Positions 1-7,504 of a stretch of DNA of 10,826 nucleotides are shown here, one piece after another. The stretch's first letter is position 1. Each line of letters starts with the position of its first letter. A model generated the notes under the pieces. That model was not told where the DNA came from and did no database searches. It was given only the letters and a program-made list of their open reading frames with translations. Location of the stretch: the IMG/VR virus record IMGVR_UViG_2541047122_000009; one strand, 5' to 3'. Source of the stretch: a virus. Its lineage: Duplodnaviria > Heunggongvirae > Uroviricota > Caudoviricetes. The position numbers were made by a program, and so were the translations under genes.

Positions 1-147
1 TGTCATATCCTGCTGTTTCAGCATGTCTTTTTCCCTTTTCCGGTTAACGTGACATACCAATAACTCTTGTCGAAAAAGCCAGCAAGTTGAAAGACCGGTA
101 TTAATAACCACCAGCGAATTTATTGCGCTGCTGTATATTACGGACAC

Positions 148-168
148 AAAAAAACCACCTTCCGGTGG
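148..168 (-). terminator. Putative rho-independent terminator downstream of the ORF6N gene
   Basis: Plus strand reads aaaaaaa-CCACC-ttcc-GGTGG; on the minus strand this is a 5-bp GC stem with a tetraloop followed by a run of seven T. The stem is short, so this is tentative. Confidence 0.4.
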
Positions 169-267
169 CTTCCTTGTGCGAAAAAAACTTGCGTTTCGCC
201 TCGCGATACAGCTTTGCGAAGCGTACCGGAATTGAAGCAGTTTATGGCTAAAATTGCAAGAACTTTT

Positions 268-879
268 TTAAAGCTGCATCAGCCTTTCCACCAGTTTATC
301 TCTGCGAACAACAAACCAACCATTGGCTCTCGCCAGTTCCAGCCATGACTCAAGGGAAATAACAATATCATCATCCCGCAACTGAATTGTGGAAACAGTG
401 ACACCGCCTCGCTGATAACAGAGAACTCGCGTGTCGTAACTTTTCTGGCATGCAACTGGCGCTGACGGATCCTTTTGACTGAAATAGCAGTCTTCCAGTT
501 TTTCGAACACTTCCCACGCCTGATCGGTTTCGAGCATTTTTGCGTGACGGGCTGCGCCGCGTTCTGTCCAGAGGATGAGGGAGCGGGCTTTCGGGGAAAT
601 TTGTAACCCTCTTAAAGATGGTTGCAAATTTTGTGAGTTACTTAAAGTAACCCGCAAATTTTGTGAGTAGTTTAAAGCTACCCGCAATTCTTTAAGGTCA
701 TTACCAACAACTTTGAAAAAGTGTTTCCCTTCAACGAAGCGTACTTTGTTCTCATGATGATTCTGGCGAATACGCACCGGCTCAGTGCCGTAAAGCTGCG
801 CCAAAAGTTCGGTGGTAATAACAGGAATCTGGTTATGGGTGATCGGGGAGAGAGTTTCAACAGAAATTTTAGTTGTCAT
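268..879 (-). CDS. ORF6N-domain antirepressor-like protein (Ant/Roi-like), 203 aa
   Basis: ATG at 879..877 preceded by AGAGGG with 7-nt spacing. The N-terminal block VITTELLAQLYGTEPVRIRQNHHENKVRFVEGKHFFKVVGNDLKEL matches my recollection of the ORF6N (phage antirepressor N-terminal) domain. The middle of the protein is encoded by 30-bp in-frame tandem repeats. Confidence 0.75.
   Translation of the reverse strand: MTTKISVETLSPITHNQIPVITTELLAQLYGTEPVRIRQNHHENKVRFVEGKHFFKVVGNDLKELRVALNYSQNLRVTLSNSQNLQPSLRGLQISPKARSLILWTERGAARHAKMLETDQAWEVFEKLEDCYFSQKDPSAPVACQKSYDTRVLCYQRGGVTVSTIQLRDDDIVISLESWLELARANGWFVVRRDKLVERLMQL
594..713. repeat. About four tandem 30-bp units carrying three phased palindromes centred at 614, 644 and 674
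   Basis: Units 624..653 (gcaaattttgtgagttacttaaagtaaccc) and 654..683 (gcaaattttgtgagtagtttaaagctaccc) are near-identical, with degenerate units either side. Palindromes are GTTACTTaAAGTAAC (637..651), GTAGTTTaAAGCTAC (667..681) and GTAACCcTCTTaAAGAtGGTTGC (603..625). Confidence 0.85.
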
Positions 880-1037
880 AATGACGCCCTCTGGTGGTTT
901 CTTAATAACTCACCACCGACGACGCCAATCGTCTGGTGGTGAACTGTGCAGGGTTGGCGTAACCGGGAAACCGACCGGCGCGGATCTCTCCGCCCCCACA
1001 CAGCCCACCATAATTCAGATGTGCGCGTGCATACGAC

Positions 1038-1062
1038 AATAAAAAACACGCTCGCGGCGTGT
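1038..1062 (-). terminator. Putative rho-independent terminator between ninE and the ORF6N gene
   Basis: Plus strand aataaaaaa-ACACGC-tcgcg-GCGTGT; on the minus strand a 6-bp stem is followed by TTTTTTATT. It lies 90 bp downstream of the ninE stop. Confidence 0.5.
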
Positions 1063-1153
1063 ATCTGTCGCGGTCTCTATCCAGGACGCCAATCCCGACG
1101 CCAGATTTTGCTGGCGTTTGAGGAATATAGCCCCGAATAAATCATCACGTCAA

Positions 1154-1336
1154 TCACCTTGTTTTCCTCGCACGATGTCTTAGCCACCGGATATCCCACA
1201 GGTGAGCCGTGTAATTGAAGGTTTTTACGTCAGATTCTTTTGGGATTGGCTTGCGTTTATTTCTGGAGCGTTTCGTTGGAAGGTATTTGCAGTTTTCGCA
1301 GATGATGTCGGTGATACTTCGTCGCTGTCGCCTCAT
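1154..1336 (-). CDS. ninE: NinE-like protein, 60 aa
   Basis: ATG at 1336..1334 overlaps the TGA stop of the methyltransferase (ATGA coupling). Product [60 protein letters not shown] matches my recollection of lambda NinE. The tracked 90-aa ORF is an upstream extension overlapping the methyltransferase. Confidence 0.7.
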   Translation of the reverse strand: MRRQRRSITDIICENCKYLPTKRSRNKRKPIPKESDVKTFNYTAHLWDIRWLRHRARKTR

Positions 1337-1860
1337 GCAGCCCTCCTGACGCCCAGCCCGATCGCCATCAATGCCGCTTTGGATACGGTAGTAAACATCC
1401 GTCGAGGACTGATGAACGGTCGCCAAATCAGCAACATTGAGCCTTTGCTGTTTCCCTTCTTCTCCAGCCCTGTCGATGGTTCGATAAAATTAATCCGTCC
1501 ATCAGTGATGATGCGAACTTCGTCAACACTCTCCAGAGCCTTGCTGAACCATCCGACAGACATATCCTCTGGCACAAGCATCACTACCGTCTGTCGCTGT
1601 TGTATGCACTGCTCAGCGGCTTTTTCCACCCACGGCCTGATATTGCTGTACGGTGGGTTATTCCAGATTGCACCGTGGCTTATCCACTCAGAATTTAGCG
1701 CGTCGTCAGCCTCAGTTAGCCAGTGAGCGCACAGAGCGTTTTTGTCGCTCGCAGCTGAATCCAGCCAGAATCCAAACTCAATATCCAGCGCATCAAAAAG
1801 CCAGAGCGGCGTTTGCCAGCAGTCCTTGTCGTGTGCTGGCGTATTTGATTTGATAGTCAT
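1333..1860 (-). CDS. Phage orphan DNA N6-adenine methyltransferase (Dam-like), 175 aa
   Basis: N-terminal [24 protein letters not shown] and the catalytic NPPY motif are typical of phage N6-adenine methyltransferases. I prefer the start at 1860 (ATGA overlap with the ninB stop, RBS AAGGGAAGG); the tracked ATG at 1887 would add 9 residues. Confidence 0.85.
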   Translation of the reverse strand: MTIKSNTPAHDKDCWQTPLWLFDALDIEFGFWLDSAASDKNALCAHWLTEADDALNSEWISHGAIWNNPPYSNIRPWVEKAAEQCIQQRQTVVMLVPEDMSVGWFSKALESVDEVRIITDGRINFIEPSTGLEKKGNSKGSMLLIWRPFISPRRMFTTVSKAALMAIGLGVRRAA

Positions 1861-2303
1861 GCAGCCTTCCCTTTTCGTTGTGACCATTCATACTCTCGCC
1901 GGGAGTCATCACTCCACCGCACGTTGCGCTCTGAGCCGAACCAGAACATGATTTCGATAAGCTCAGTCATGCTGGCCTTTCGCATTTTGCTGGTACGCAC
2001 GCCAAGCATGACAACGCCACCGTCGATACCAGGCGCACTTCTTTGCTCCAGTTTTTTGGTCTTAAGCCACAGGGCAGTGAACAGGTCTTTCCAGTCTTCC
2101 GGCGCCAGCCGTTGACCATGCCATAGCACCTGACGCGAAACATCGTTCAGCATCGGCCACATGCGGTCATTCTGCGCTTTGCTGCGCTTGGGTTCTTTAA
2201 CGTGGACTTCGTGGGGTGACTTGTCGTCGATGGGTAGTGAGAGAATGGCGTCTATGGCGTTATTTCTGATTGCTTCGTTGCGAAGCAGAAAGGTTTGCTT
2301 CAT
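1857..2303 (-). CDS. ninB: NinB recombination protein (Orf-family), 148 aa
   Basis: From MKQTFLLRNEAIRNNAIDAILSLP the protein aligns with lambda NinB as I recall it, including the NDRMWPMLNDVSRQVLWHGQRL block. The tracked ORF start at 2405 is a spurious 34-codon extension; a GGAGAG RBS precedes the ATG at 2303. Confidence 0.85.
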   Translation of the reverse strand: MKQTFLLRNEAIRNNAIDAILSLPIDDKSPHEVHVKEPKRSKAQNDRMWPMLNDVSRQVLWHGQRLAPEDWKDLFTALWLKTKKLEQRSAPGIDGGVVMLGVRTSKMRKASMTELIEIMFWFGSERNVRWSDDSRREYEWSQRKGKAA

Positions 2304-2496
2304 CTCCTGCTCTCCGGTTCCATTTTTCAGTAGCCGCAGCAACTGATGGTGCCCATGCCACCCTGGCTTCACAGAGGTCACATTCTGCATAGCCCCACAC
2401 ATCAATATTTATTCCGGCCTCAACCCACAGACGAGCATTACCGCCGCAAAACGGACATTCTTTTAGCTTTGGCTGGGTTAATGATAGGTCGCTCAT
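2260..2496 (-). CDS. lar: Lar-family restriction alleviation protein, 78 aa
   Basis: Start MSDLSLTQPKLKECPFCGG with a second cysteine pair in AECDLCEARV, the small CxxC...CxxC signature of Lar-family proteins. RBS AGGAGTGA precedes the ATG at 2496. The 3' end overlaps the ninB start by 44 nt. Confidence 0.65.
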   Translation of the reverse strand: MSDLSLTQPKLKECPFCGGNARLWVEAGINIDVWGYAECDLCEARVAWAPSVAAATEKWNRRAGDEANLSASQRSNQK

Positions 2497-2506
2497 GCTC
2501 ACTCCT

Positions 2507-2722
2507 TCACTTAAAATCCAGACTCCGGATAATTCTGTTGCGCTGAAACTCATTGTTGAGTTTGAACAACCGTCGAAGAACACGGTCACGCGGATAGCGT
2601 CGTGCGGCAGGTGAATGCTCATACAACTCATCAAGCGGCAAACTGGACGATGAACGATACCGATACCAACGCACCAACTCTTCACGAAAATTAGCCCTGA
2701 CAAGCTCAGCTATCGTACTCAT
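2507..2722 (-). CDS. Hypothetical small phage protein, 71 aa
   Basis: ATG at 2722..2720 with a GAGGAGG RBS about 9 nt upstream; basic, Arg-rich product (MSTIAELVRANFREELVRWYRYRS...). Tightly packed ahead of lar. I do not recognise the family. Confidence 0.6.
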   Translation of the reverse strand: MSTIAELVRANFREELVRWYRYRSSSSLPLDELYEHSPAARRYPRDRVLRRLFKLNNEFQRNRIIRSLDFK

Positions 2723-2854
2723 TTCTTAAAACCTCCTCAAACGCATTCTGACGCATTTTTCATTCTCGCTGCTTATCGGTATACCTTGCACGTGCTTACC
2801 TCACCACAGAGCGATTGTGATGCCTTAAAAGCGATTTATTGAAGTGATATTTGC

Positions 2855-3133
2855 TTAATCGAAATTCTTTTCTTTGATTCCTGCGGCCCTGATGGCTTTC
2901 ATTACTGCAATTACCGTTTTGTCACGCCCATCCTCATAACCCATCGCATAAGCACCTTCTTCACCATCTTTCCAAAGGTCGTCATTCGATTCGGGCCAGT
3001 CGATATCCAGTTCAATAGCAGAGCGCGATGCCTGCCATATCACCCAGGCAAACTCTTTTAATTCATCGTCTCCCGTGAACTGGCTTTTGTCTTTTGACCA
3101 CCAGTTTTCAAACTGTCGGTAGCTATCGTTCAC
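2855..3133 (-). CDS. Hypothetical acidic phage protein, about 92 aa
   Basis: The tracked ORF begins with TTG at 3148, not ATG. A GTG at 3133 follows GGGGGAGAGGGAA directly after a terminator hairpin, so the start is ambiguous (3133 or 3148). Product is Trp- and acid-rich (FENWWSKDKSQFTGDDELKEFAWVIWQ...) with no recognised family. Confidence 0.55.
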   Translation of the reverse strand: MNDSYRQFENWWSKDKSQFTGDDELKEFAWVIWQASRSAIELDIDWPESNDDLWKDGEEGAYAMGYEDGRDKTVIAVMKAIRAAGIKEKNFD

Positions 3134-3146
3134 TTCCCTCTCCCCC

Positions 3147-3178
3147 AAATAAAAAGGCCTGCGATTACCAGCAGGCCT
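3147..3178 (-). terminator. tR2-like rho-independent terminator between the helicase and nin-region genes
   Basis: Minus strand reads AGGCCTGC-tggtaatc-GCAGGCCT followed by TTTTTATTT: a perfect 8-bp stem. It sits 26 bp after the helicase stop, where lambda has tR2. Confidence 0.6.
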
Positions 3179-3203
3179 GTTATTAACTCAGTGATGTAGA
3201 TGG

Positions 3204-4580
3204 TCATACGTCAGCCCCTTGTGCATATCGTCTGCCACGCGCAGCAGGTGCATTTGATGCTGTGCAAATCTGTCTGGCTTCATCCTGGTCACATGCAACA
3301 AAGTGTCCGTTACAGAACCGCTGGTAAACTGTACCAAGCGAGCCAAAACGGTTTTTCGTCACGATGATTTCAGCAAATGGCGCGGCGCTACTGTTCTCAT
3401 CATATACCGCTTCCCGATAGAGCATGATGATTGAGTCTGCGTCCTGTTCAATGCTTCCTGAATCACGCAAATCTGCGTTTGTCGGGCGTTTGTTTGGTCG
3501 CTTCTCAACATCGCGCGAAAGCTGACTCAGGGAGATAACCGGTGTTTTCAGGTCTTTCGCCATCGCCTTCAGGCTTCCGGAGATGTGAGCAATTGCGAGG
3601 TCGTTGCGGTCTGCTTTCGGCTTCTCAATCAGGCCAAGATAATCCGCCATGATGAGTGACAGGTTTGGATTTTCCTGCTTATGCCGTTCTGCGATTGAGC
3701 GTATTTCTTCGACCGATAACCGCGAAGCATCGACTACCCATACATCCAAATCTGCAAGCTGACTCATGCCGTTAGCAACACGTGCCCAGCCCTCGTCATC
3801 CATCGATGCAGGATTTCGCAGTACGCTAACCGACATCCTCCCGGCGTTGGCAATGCTTCGCTCTGCAATCTGCAATGCGCTCATTTCCATTGAGAAAATC
3901 AATACCCCGCGCCGGACGTCAGAACCAGGAATAACGCGGCTTGCCACACCTTCGGCAATCTTCAGCGCCAGTTCGGTTTTCCCCATACCAGGACGAGCGG
4001 CGATAATCACCAGGTCTTCTGCGTTCATCCCTCCAGTGATAGCGTCAAGCTCTTCGATTCCGGTCTTCAGGGTATCTGACTCTTCTCCGTTCCTCAGACG
4101 CCTGTCAAGCGTGTCAGTGTAGTCAGTGATGATTTCCCCTAACCGTACAGGTTTAACCTCGTCACGGGGCTTTCTGATGGCTGAAAGACGCTTTACAAGT
4201 TCATCCATCGCCTGACTCGATGCGTCGATGGTTCCGCTTTGGATTGGTTCACGCATTTCATCCATGATTTCCAGCACCAGACGGCGGTGATAGTTATCCG
4301 CGACCATTCCGGCATATCCCTTCAGGTTTGCGGCACTCGGGCAGTTTTTGCTGGTCATCAGGATTGACGTGAAATGCTCCTCTCCGCACGCCTCGGCAAC
4401 CATCAGCGCATCGATTAGGTTTCTGTTTCTCGCCTGCTTGCGAATAACCTCGAAGGCTTTCCGGTAGAGCGGAATTGAAAACGCTTCCGGCTCCAGCGTT
4501 GCCAGAACGTCACTGGCGGTTGGAGTTAATCCACCAATCAGCAGGCCACCGATAACGCTAGCTTCGATATCCTGTCTCAT
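3204..4580 (-). CDS. Replicative DNA helicase, DnaB family, 458 aa
   Basis: DnaB-like N-terminus ([13 protein letters not shown]), Walker [13 protein letters not shown], and the DnaB C-terminal block [41 protein letters not shown]. The ATG at 4580 overlaps the O stop (ATGA). Confidence 0.9.
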   Translation of the reverse strand: MRQDIEASVIGGLLIGGLTPTASDVLATLEPEAFSIPLYRKAFEVIRKQARNRNLIDALMVAEACGEEHFTSILMTSKNCPSAANLKGYAGMVADNYHRRLVLEIMDEMREPIQSGTIDASSQAMDELVKRLSAIRKPRDEVKPVRLGEIITDYTDTLDRRLRNGEESDTLKTGIEELDAITGGMNAEDLVIIAARPGMGKTELALKIAEGVASRVIPGSDVRRGVLIFSMEMSALQIAERSIANAGRMSVSVLRNPASMDDEGWARVANGMSQLADLDVWVVDASRLSVEEIRSIAERHKQENPNLSLIMADYLGLIEKPKADRNDLAIAHISGSLKAMAKDLKTPVISLSQLSRDVEKRPNKRPTNADLRDSGSIEQDADSIIMLYREAVYDENSSAAPFAEIIVTKNRFGSLGTVYQRFCNGHFVACDQDEARQICTASNAPAARGRRYAQGADV

Positions 4581-5398
4581 GCAATCCCCCTGTCTGCAAA
4601 CTTCCCTTCCCGAACTCCCGTTAACGAATCTTCCCTCAGCAGGTAATCAAAATCTGCCGTCCAGCCCGTGTCGTTGTCTCCGAAGTAAAACGGCTTGGCC
4701 TGATGCACAAACGCCCTGACATACGCTCTGAAACCGTCCACGTTTGGCGTTTTCAGTTGCGGGATAATTTTCTTCAGGCGGCGTTTTCGTTTCTCGTTGA
4801 CCGCAACAGCGTGTGGAAGTCTGTCACCGACTTCGGTGTTGTAGGCGTTCAGGAAGGATTCGTAGTCGATTCGTTCTGCCTTGCGACGTTCAGGTTTAAC
4901 CTGCCCATCGCCATCCCCGTTAGGGGGTAAGGGGGTATTTGTATTTATTGTCTTTTGTATATTGTCTTTTGTGTTTAGCTGACTTGGCTTATACCCATTA
5001 GCCGACTTGGCTAATGTTTTATTAGCTGTTTTAGCTAATGTTAAGCTGTCCTGGCTAATCCACTGAGAAACCACCTTGTTCACTCCGATTTTCACGCCAT
5101 CAGCAATGAGGAATTTACGCTCAATAAGCTGGCGCTTGGCAGCGCAAACATGAGTGTGATGAATACCTGTCATGGCTGCTATCTGCGTGTTTGTGAGTCG
5201 ATCCATCGGCTTATTGAATCCGTATGTCTTGCGCATGATAGCGAGCATCACCTTCAACTGCCGGACGGTTAAATCAGCCATCAGCAGACTGTCGGTAATC
5301 TCGTTAGCAACGCGCATGAAACCATCTTCGGTATCTGCCACGCGATGCTCCACGACCTCCAGTTGAGGCCTGTAATCAGCTAACTTAACGACGCCCAT
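4577..5398 (-). CDS. O: Replication initiator protein O (lambda O family), 273 aa
   Basis: N-terminal domain [51 protein letters not shown] parallels lambda O as I recall it. RBS AGGAGTGA precedes the ATG at 5398. Iterons and an AT-rich tract are embedded mid-gene, as in lambda. Confidence 0.9.
   Translation of the reverse strand: MGVVKLADYRPQLEVVEHRVADTEDGFMRVANEITDSLLMADLTVRQLKVMLAIMRKTYGFNKPMDRLTNTQIAAMTGIHHTHVCAAKRQLIERKFLIADGVKIGVNKVVSQWISQDSLTLAKTANKTLAKSANGYKPSQLNTKDNIQKTINTNTPLPPNGDGDGQVKPERRKAERIDYESFLNAYNTEVGDRLPHAVAVNEKRKRRLKKIIPQLKTPNVDGFRAYVRAFVHQAKPFYFGDNDTGWTADFDYLLREDSLTGVREGKFADRGIA
4921..5060. repeat. Putative replication origin: iterons plus AT-rich tract inside the O gene
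   Basis: Two 18-bp iterons, TTAGCTGACTTGGCTTAT (4975..4992) and TTAGCCGACTTGGCTAAT (4998..5015), match at 16 of 18 positions, followed by partial copies. Adjacent are duplicated ATTGTCTTTTGT (4947..4972) in an AT-rich block and duplicated AGGGGGTA (4922..4938). In O-sense the order is iterons then AT-rich, as in lambda ori. Confidence 0.6.
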
Positions 5399-5546
5399 GT
5401 TTCACTCCTGCTTTGGCTAGTCTGTAAACACCAACAAGGCGCTCTGCGAACGCCCTGTTATTTGCTGCGGCTACCACTAATCCCTCAGGTGAATCAGGGT
5501 GTCGAATCTCTTCTTTTTCCTGGTATTTCTTACGACGTTTTGTCAT
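5385..5546 (-). CDS. Candidate small basic protein, 53 aa, between cII and O
   Basis: Below the track cutoff. ATG at 5546..5544 is preceded by AGGAG with a 5-nt spacer; product is [53 protein letters not shown]. The 3' end overlaps the O start by 14 nt. No homology recognised. Confidence 0.4.
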   Translation of the reverse strand: MTKRRKKYQEKEEIRHPDSPEGLVVAAANNRAFAERLVGVYRLAKAGVKHGRR

Positions 5547-5578
5547 AATTACTCCTGTGGATTGATCCAGTAATTCCC

Positions 5579-5875
5579 TCAGAATTGCATATCAATTTGC
5601 TTAAAATCCTCGGTGGCAGCCGGGGATTTTTTCTTTGTGATTTCATCAAGCGCATACTTAAAAGCCCTGCTAATCGGACTGATGTCTGATGCCATTCCGA
5701 AAGCACACAAGACCGAAGCAATAAACCGCCAGTCCGTTCTGCTTATCTTCGATTCATGACAGCCAATCATCTTTGCCAGACCGCGCTGTGTAAGCGTTGA
5801 CAGGTTGATGAGTAAATCTGTTTCTGCGCGATCAACGTCGCGCTGTGATAGTTTGCTGTAACTTGTTCGTTCCAT
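5579..5875 (-). CDS. cII: CII-like transcriptional activator, 98 aa
   Basis: The C-terminus KKKSPAATEDFKQIDMQF matches lambda CII (KKRPAATERSEQIQMEF) as I recall it, with a central HTH-like block. Position immediately downstream of cro and nutR fits. Confidence 0.8.
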   Translation of the reverse strand: MERTSYSKLSQRDVDRAETDLLINLSTLTQRGLAKMIGCHESKISRTDWRFIASVLCAFGMASDISPISRAFKYALDEITKKKSPAATEDFKQIDMQF

Positions 5876-5960
5876 TTCTTAAGATTTCCAATAGTGAATA
5901 GTTAGTTGAAAGGTATGCGTGGAAACGCATATGGCCTTAGTTGGTCAGATATCTTGGGAC

Positions 5961-6006
5961 TCGCTTTTCAGCGACGTAGGACGAATGTCCGTTGTTACAA
6001 AGAGCG
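5961..6006 (-). promoter_or_regulatory. nutR: boxA (5992..6006) and boxB hairpin (5961..5974)
   Basis: Minus strand reads CGCTCTTTGTAACAA (boxA-like), a 17-nt spacer with a small hairpin, then TCGCT-GAAA-AGCGA (5-bp stem, GAAA loop). It starts 11 nt after the cro stop. Confidence 0.6.
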
Positions 6007-6016
6007 GCTCCGCTTA

Positions 6017-6232
6017 TTAAGCGGCTTTGTGCTCCGGCGGGAACACGTCATCAAGACTTACTTTTGCGCCTAACTTGTTTAGACACGCAACAAGAGCACG
6101 GCATGTTTTAAGGTCTGGGAAGCGACGACCAGATTCCCAATGTCCGATAGCTCCCTGTGTGCATCCAACTGCCTTAGCAAGTGTTGTTTGAGAGATATTC
6201 AGTGACTCTCGATATTTTCGTAGGTTGCTCAT
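6017..6232 (-). CDS. cro: Cro-like HTH repressor, 71 aa
   Basis: ATG at 6232..6230 with GGAGGG upstream; HTH LNISQTTLAKAVGCTQGAIGHWESGRRFP closely parallels the CI HTH. The tracked 128-aa ORF is an upstream extension through the operator region. Confidence 0.85.
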   Translation of the reverse strand: MSNLRKYRESLNISQTTLAKAVGCTQGAIGHWESGRRFPDLKTCRALVACLNKLGAKVSLDDVFPPEHKAA

Positions 6233-6349
6233 ATGCCCTCCATAGTAACCACGAATAAAAAAATACAATATGTACTTCTCAAATACAAGTAAAAATACAC
6301 ATTGTGCATGGATGGTTCCAGTACAGAGCGTAATAATAAGGACATGAAA
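6233..6349. promoter_or_regulatory. Divergent OR operator/promoter region (PR toward cro, PRM toward cI)
   Basis: AATACA(A/C) half-site motif occurs three times (about 6262, 6282, 6293) with a near-palindrome TACAatATGTA at 6264..6274. Candidate PR on the minus strand is -35 TTGTAT (6288..6283), 17-nt spacer, -10 TATTTT (6265..6260). PRM could not be pinned down. Confidence 0.6.
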
Positions 6350-7003
6350 ATGAAATGGTATGAACTGGCTAGATCCAGAATGAAAGAGCTCGGCATAACT
6401 CAAGAGAAGTTAGCCGAAGAGCTAGGTATGACGCAGGGTGGAATTGGACACTGGTTGCGCGGATCTCGTCATCCATCTCTTAGTGATATTGGTGTGGTGT
6501 TTAAATACCTTGGTATTGATAACATATCATTCAACCACGACGGGACATTTTCACCTGTTGGCGAATACTCATCGGCCCCAGTTAAAAAACAATATGAGTA
6601 CCCTGTTTTTTCTCATGTTCAGGCTGGGATGTTCTCTCCAGAACTCAGAACCTTTACCAAAGGTGATGCGGAGAGATTGGTAAGCACAACCAAAAAAGCC
6701 AGTGACTCTGCATTCTGGCTTGAGGTTGAAGGTAACTCAATGACCGCACCAACAGGTTCCAAACCTAGTTTTCCTGACGGGATGTTAATTCTGGTTGACC
6801 CTGAGCAAGCTGTTGAGCCCGGCGATTTCTGCATAGCCAGACTTGGTGGTGATGAATTTACCTTCAAGAAACTGATCAGGGATAGCGGTCAGGTGTTTCT
6901 ACAACCACTAAACCCGCAATATCCAATGATCCCATGCAATGAGAGTTGTTCCGTTGTGGGGAAAGTTATCGCCAGCCAATGGCCTGAAGAGACGTTTGGG
7001 TAA
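6350..7003 (+). CDS. cI: CI-like prophage repressor (HTH plus S24 LexA-like autocleavage domain), 217 aa
   Basis: N-terminal [31 protein letters not shown]-terminal S24 signature with an AG cleavage dipeptide (VQAGMF), catalytic Ser in [10 protein letters not shown] and Lys in FTFKKLIRD. Start chosen at 6350 (AAGGA 7 nt upstream); alternatives are 6344 or the tracked TTG at 6302. Confidence 0.9.
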   Translation: MKWYELARSRMKELGITQEKLAEELGMTQGGIGHWLRGSRHPSLSDIGVVFKYLGIDNISFNHDGTFSPVGEYSSAPVKKQYEYPVFSHVQAGMFSPELRTFTKGDAERLVSTTKKASDSAFWLEVEGNSMTAPTGSKPSFPDGMLILVDPEQAVEPGDFCIARLGGDEFTFKKLIRDSGQVFLQPLNPQYPMIPCNESCSVVGKVIASQWPEETFG

Positions 7004-7377
7004 AGAGGATAGATGGAGTTTAATGGCCATGAGTATCAAGCGGTCAAAAAGAAGTTCATCTATTCATTGAAAGCATAAGGCCATCTGAGTATATCCGTAA
7101 TGATCTGGATATTGTCTATAACATCAATGACCGGACGATAGATATCGGTGAGCAGCGTCCTGTATGGCAGGGTGAGGCAGGTGAAAAAACGTCCTGCCAT
7201 CAACAAGAATCAAGTGCATCCGCTCTCTGGACAGATGGAAAATTTATTGGATGCAAAAAGATATGAAATAACACCTGTATAGCACGGAGCTTTCTCTGAC
7301 CGATGCACTTGAAGTTGTTAGGGCTGACCCAGCCTGCTGTTTCTTTAGGTAAGAGAAAAGAGATTTAGGAGATGAAA

Positions 7378-7401
7378 GGTCGCAGAGGTGCGGCCTTTTT
7401 T
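7378..7401 (+). terminator. Rho-independent terminator downstream of cI
   Basis: GGTCGCA-gagg-TGCGGCC is a 7-bp stem with one G-U pair, extendable by flanking AAA/TTT, followed by TTTTTTATT. Confidence 0.6.
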
Positions 7402-7443
7402 ATTGAGAGTGGATCTTGAACGGAAATTCTCAAGACTTGAGTC

Positions 7444-7472
7444 TTGCATGCAAATCAATTCCTGGATAAACT
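7444..7472 (+). promoter_or_regulatory. Candidate sigma70 promoter for the 173-aa accessory gene
   Basis: -35 TTGCAT (7444..7449), 17-nt spacer, -10 TAAACT (7467..7472), about 30 nt upstream of the ATG at 7505. Just upstream is a perfect inverted repeat CAAGAC-ttga-GTCTTG among several TCTTGA/TCAAGA repeats (7410..7447). Confidence 0.4.
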
Positions 7473-7504
7473 CGATCTGAGTCAATAACTTAGAGAGAGA
7501 GCAA

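Noticed and set aside
594-713. Tandem 30-bp repeats that could be mistaken for a CRISPR array or minisatellite
   Set aside because: Only three to four units, directly adjacent with no spacers, in-frame inside a well-supported CDS, and lacking typical CRISPR repeat length or structure.
678-1140. Tracked ORFs 678..860(-), 721..942(+), 812..1042(+), 946..1140(+)
   Set aside because: They overlap the ORF6N gene in other frames or lie in the GC-rich spacer, have no RBS, and give low-complexity products; judged frame noise.
1202-2546. Plus-strand ORFs (1202..1726, 1653..1853, 1742..1951, 1924..2115, 2161..2346, 2346..2546) antisense to ninE, the methyltransferase, ninB and lar
   Set aside because: Each lies opposite a minus-strand gene with recognisable family motifs, and none has a convincing RBS.
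3766-5366. Plus-strand ORFs 3766..4122, 4703..4930, 5172..5366 inside the helicase and O genes, and 5530..5721(-) overlapping cII
   Set aside because: Antisense or alternative frames within genes whose own frames carry clear family signatures.
6017-6403. Long 128-aa form of the cro ORF, and TTG/ATG starts at 6302 and 6308 for cI
   Set aside because: The extensions run through the operator region and add non-homologous residues; RBS-supported starts at 6232 (cro) and 6350 (cI) fit the HTH domain boundaries.
6438-6867. ORFs 6438..6683(+) and 6619..6867(-) inside cI
   Set aside because: Overlap the cI frame, which carries clear HTH and S24 motifs.
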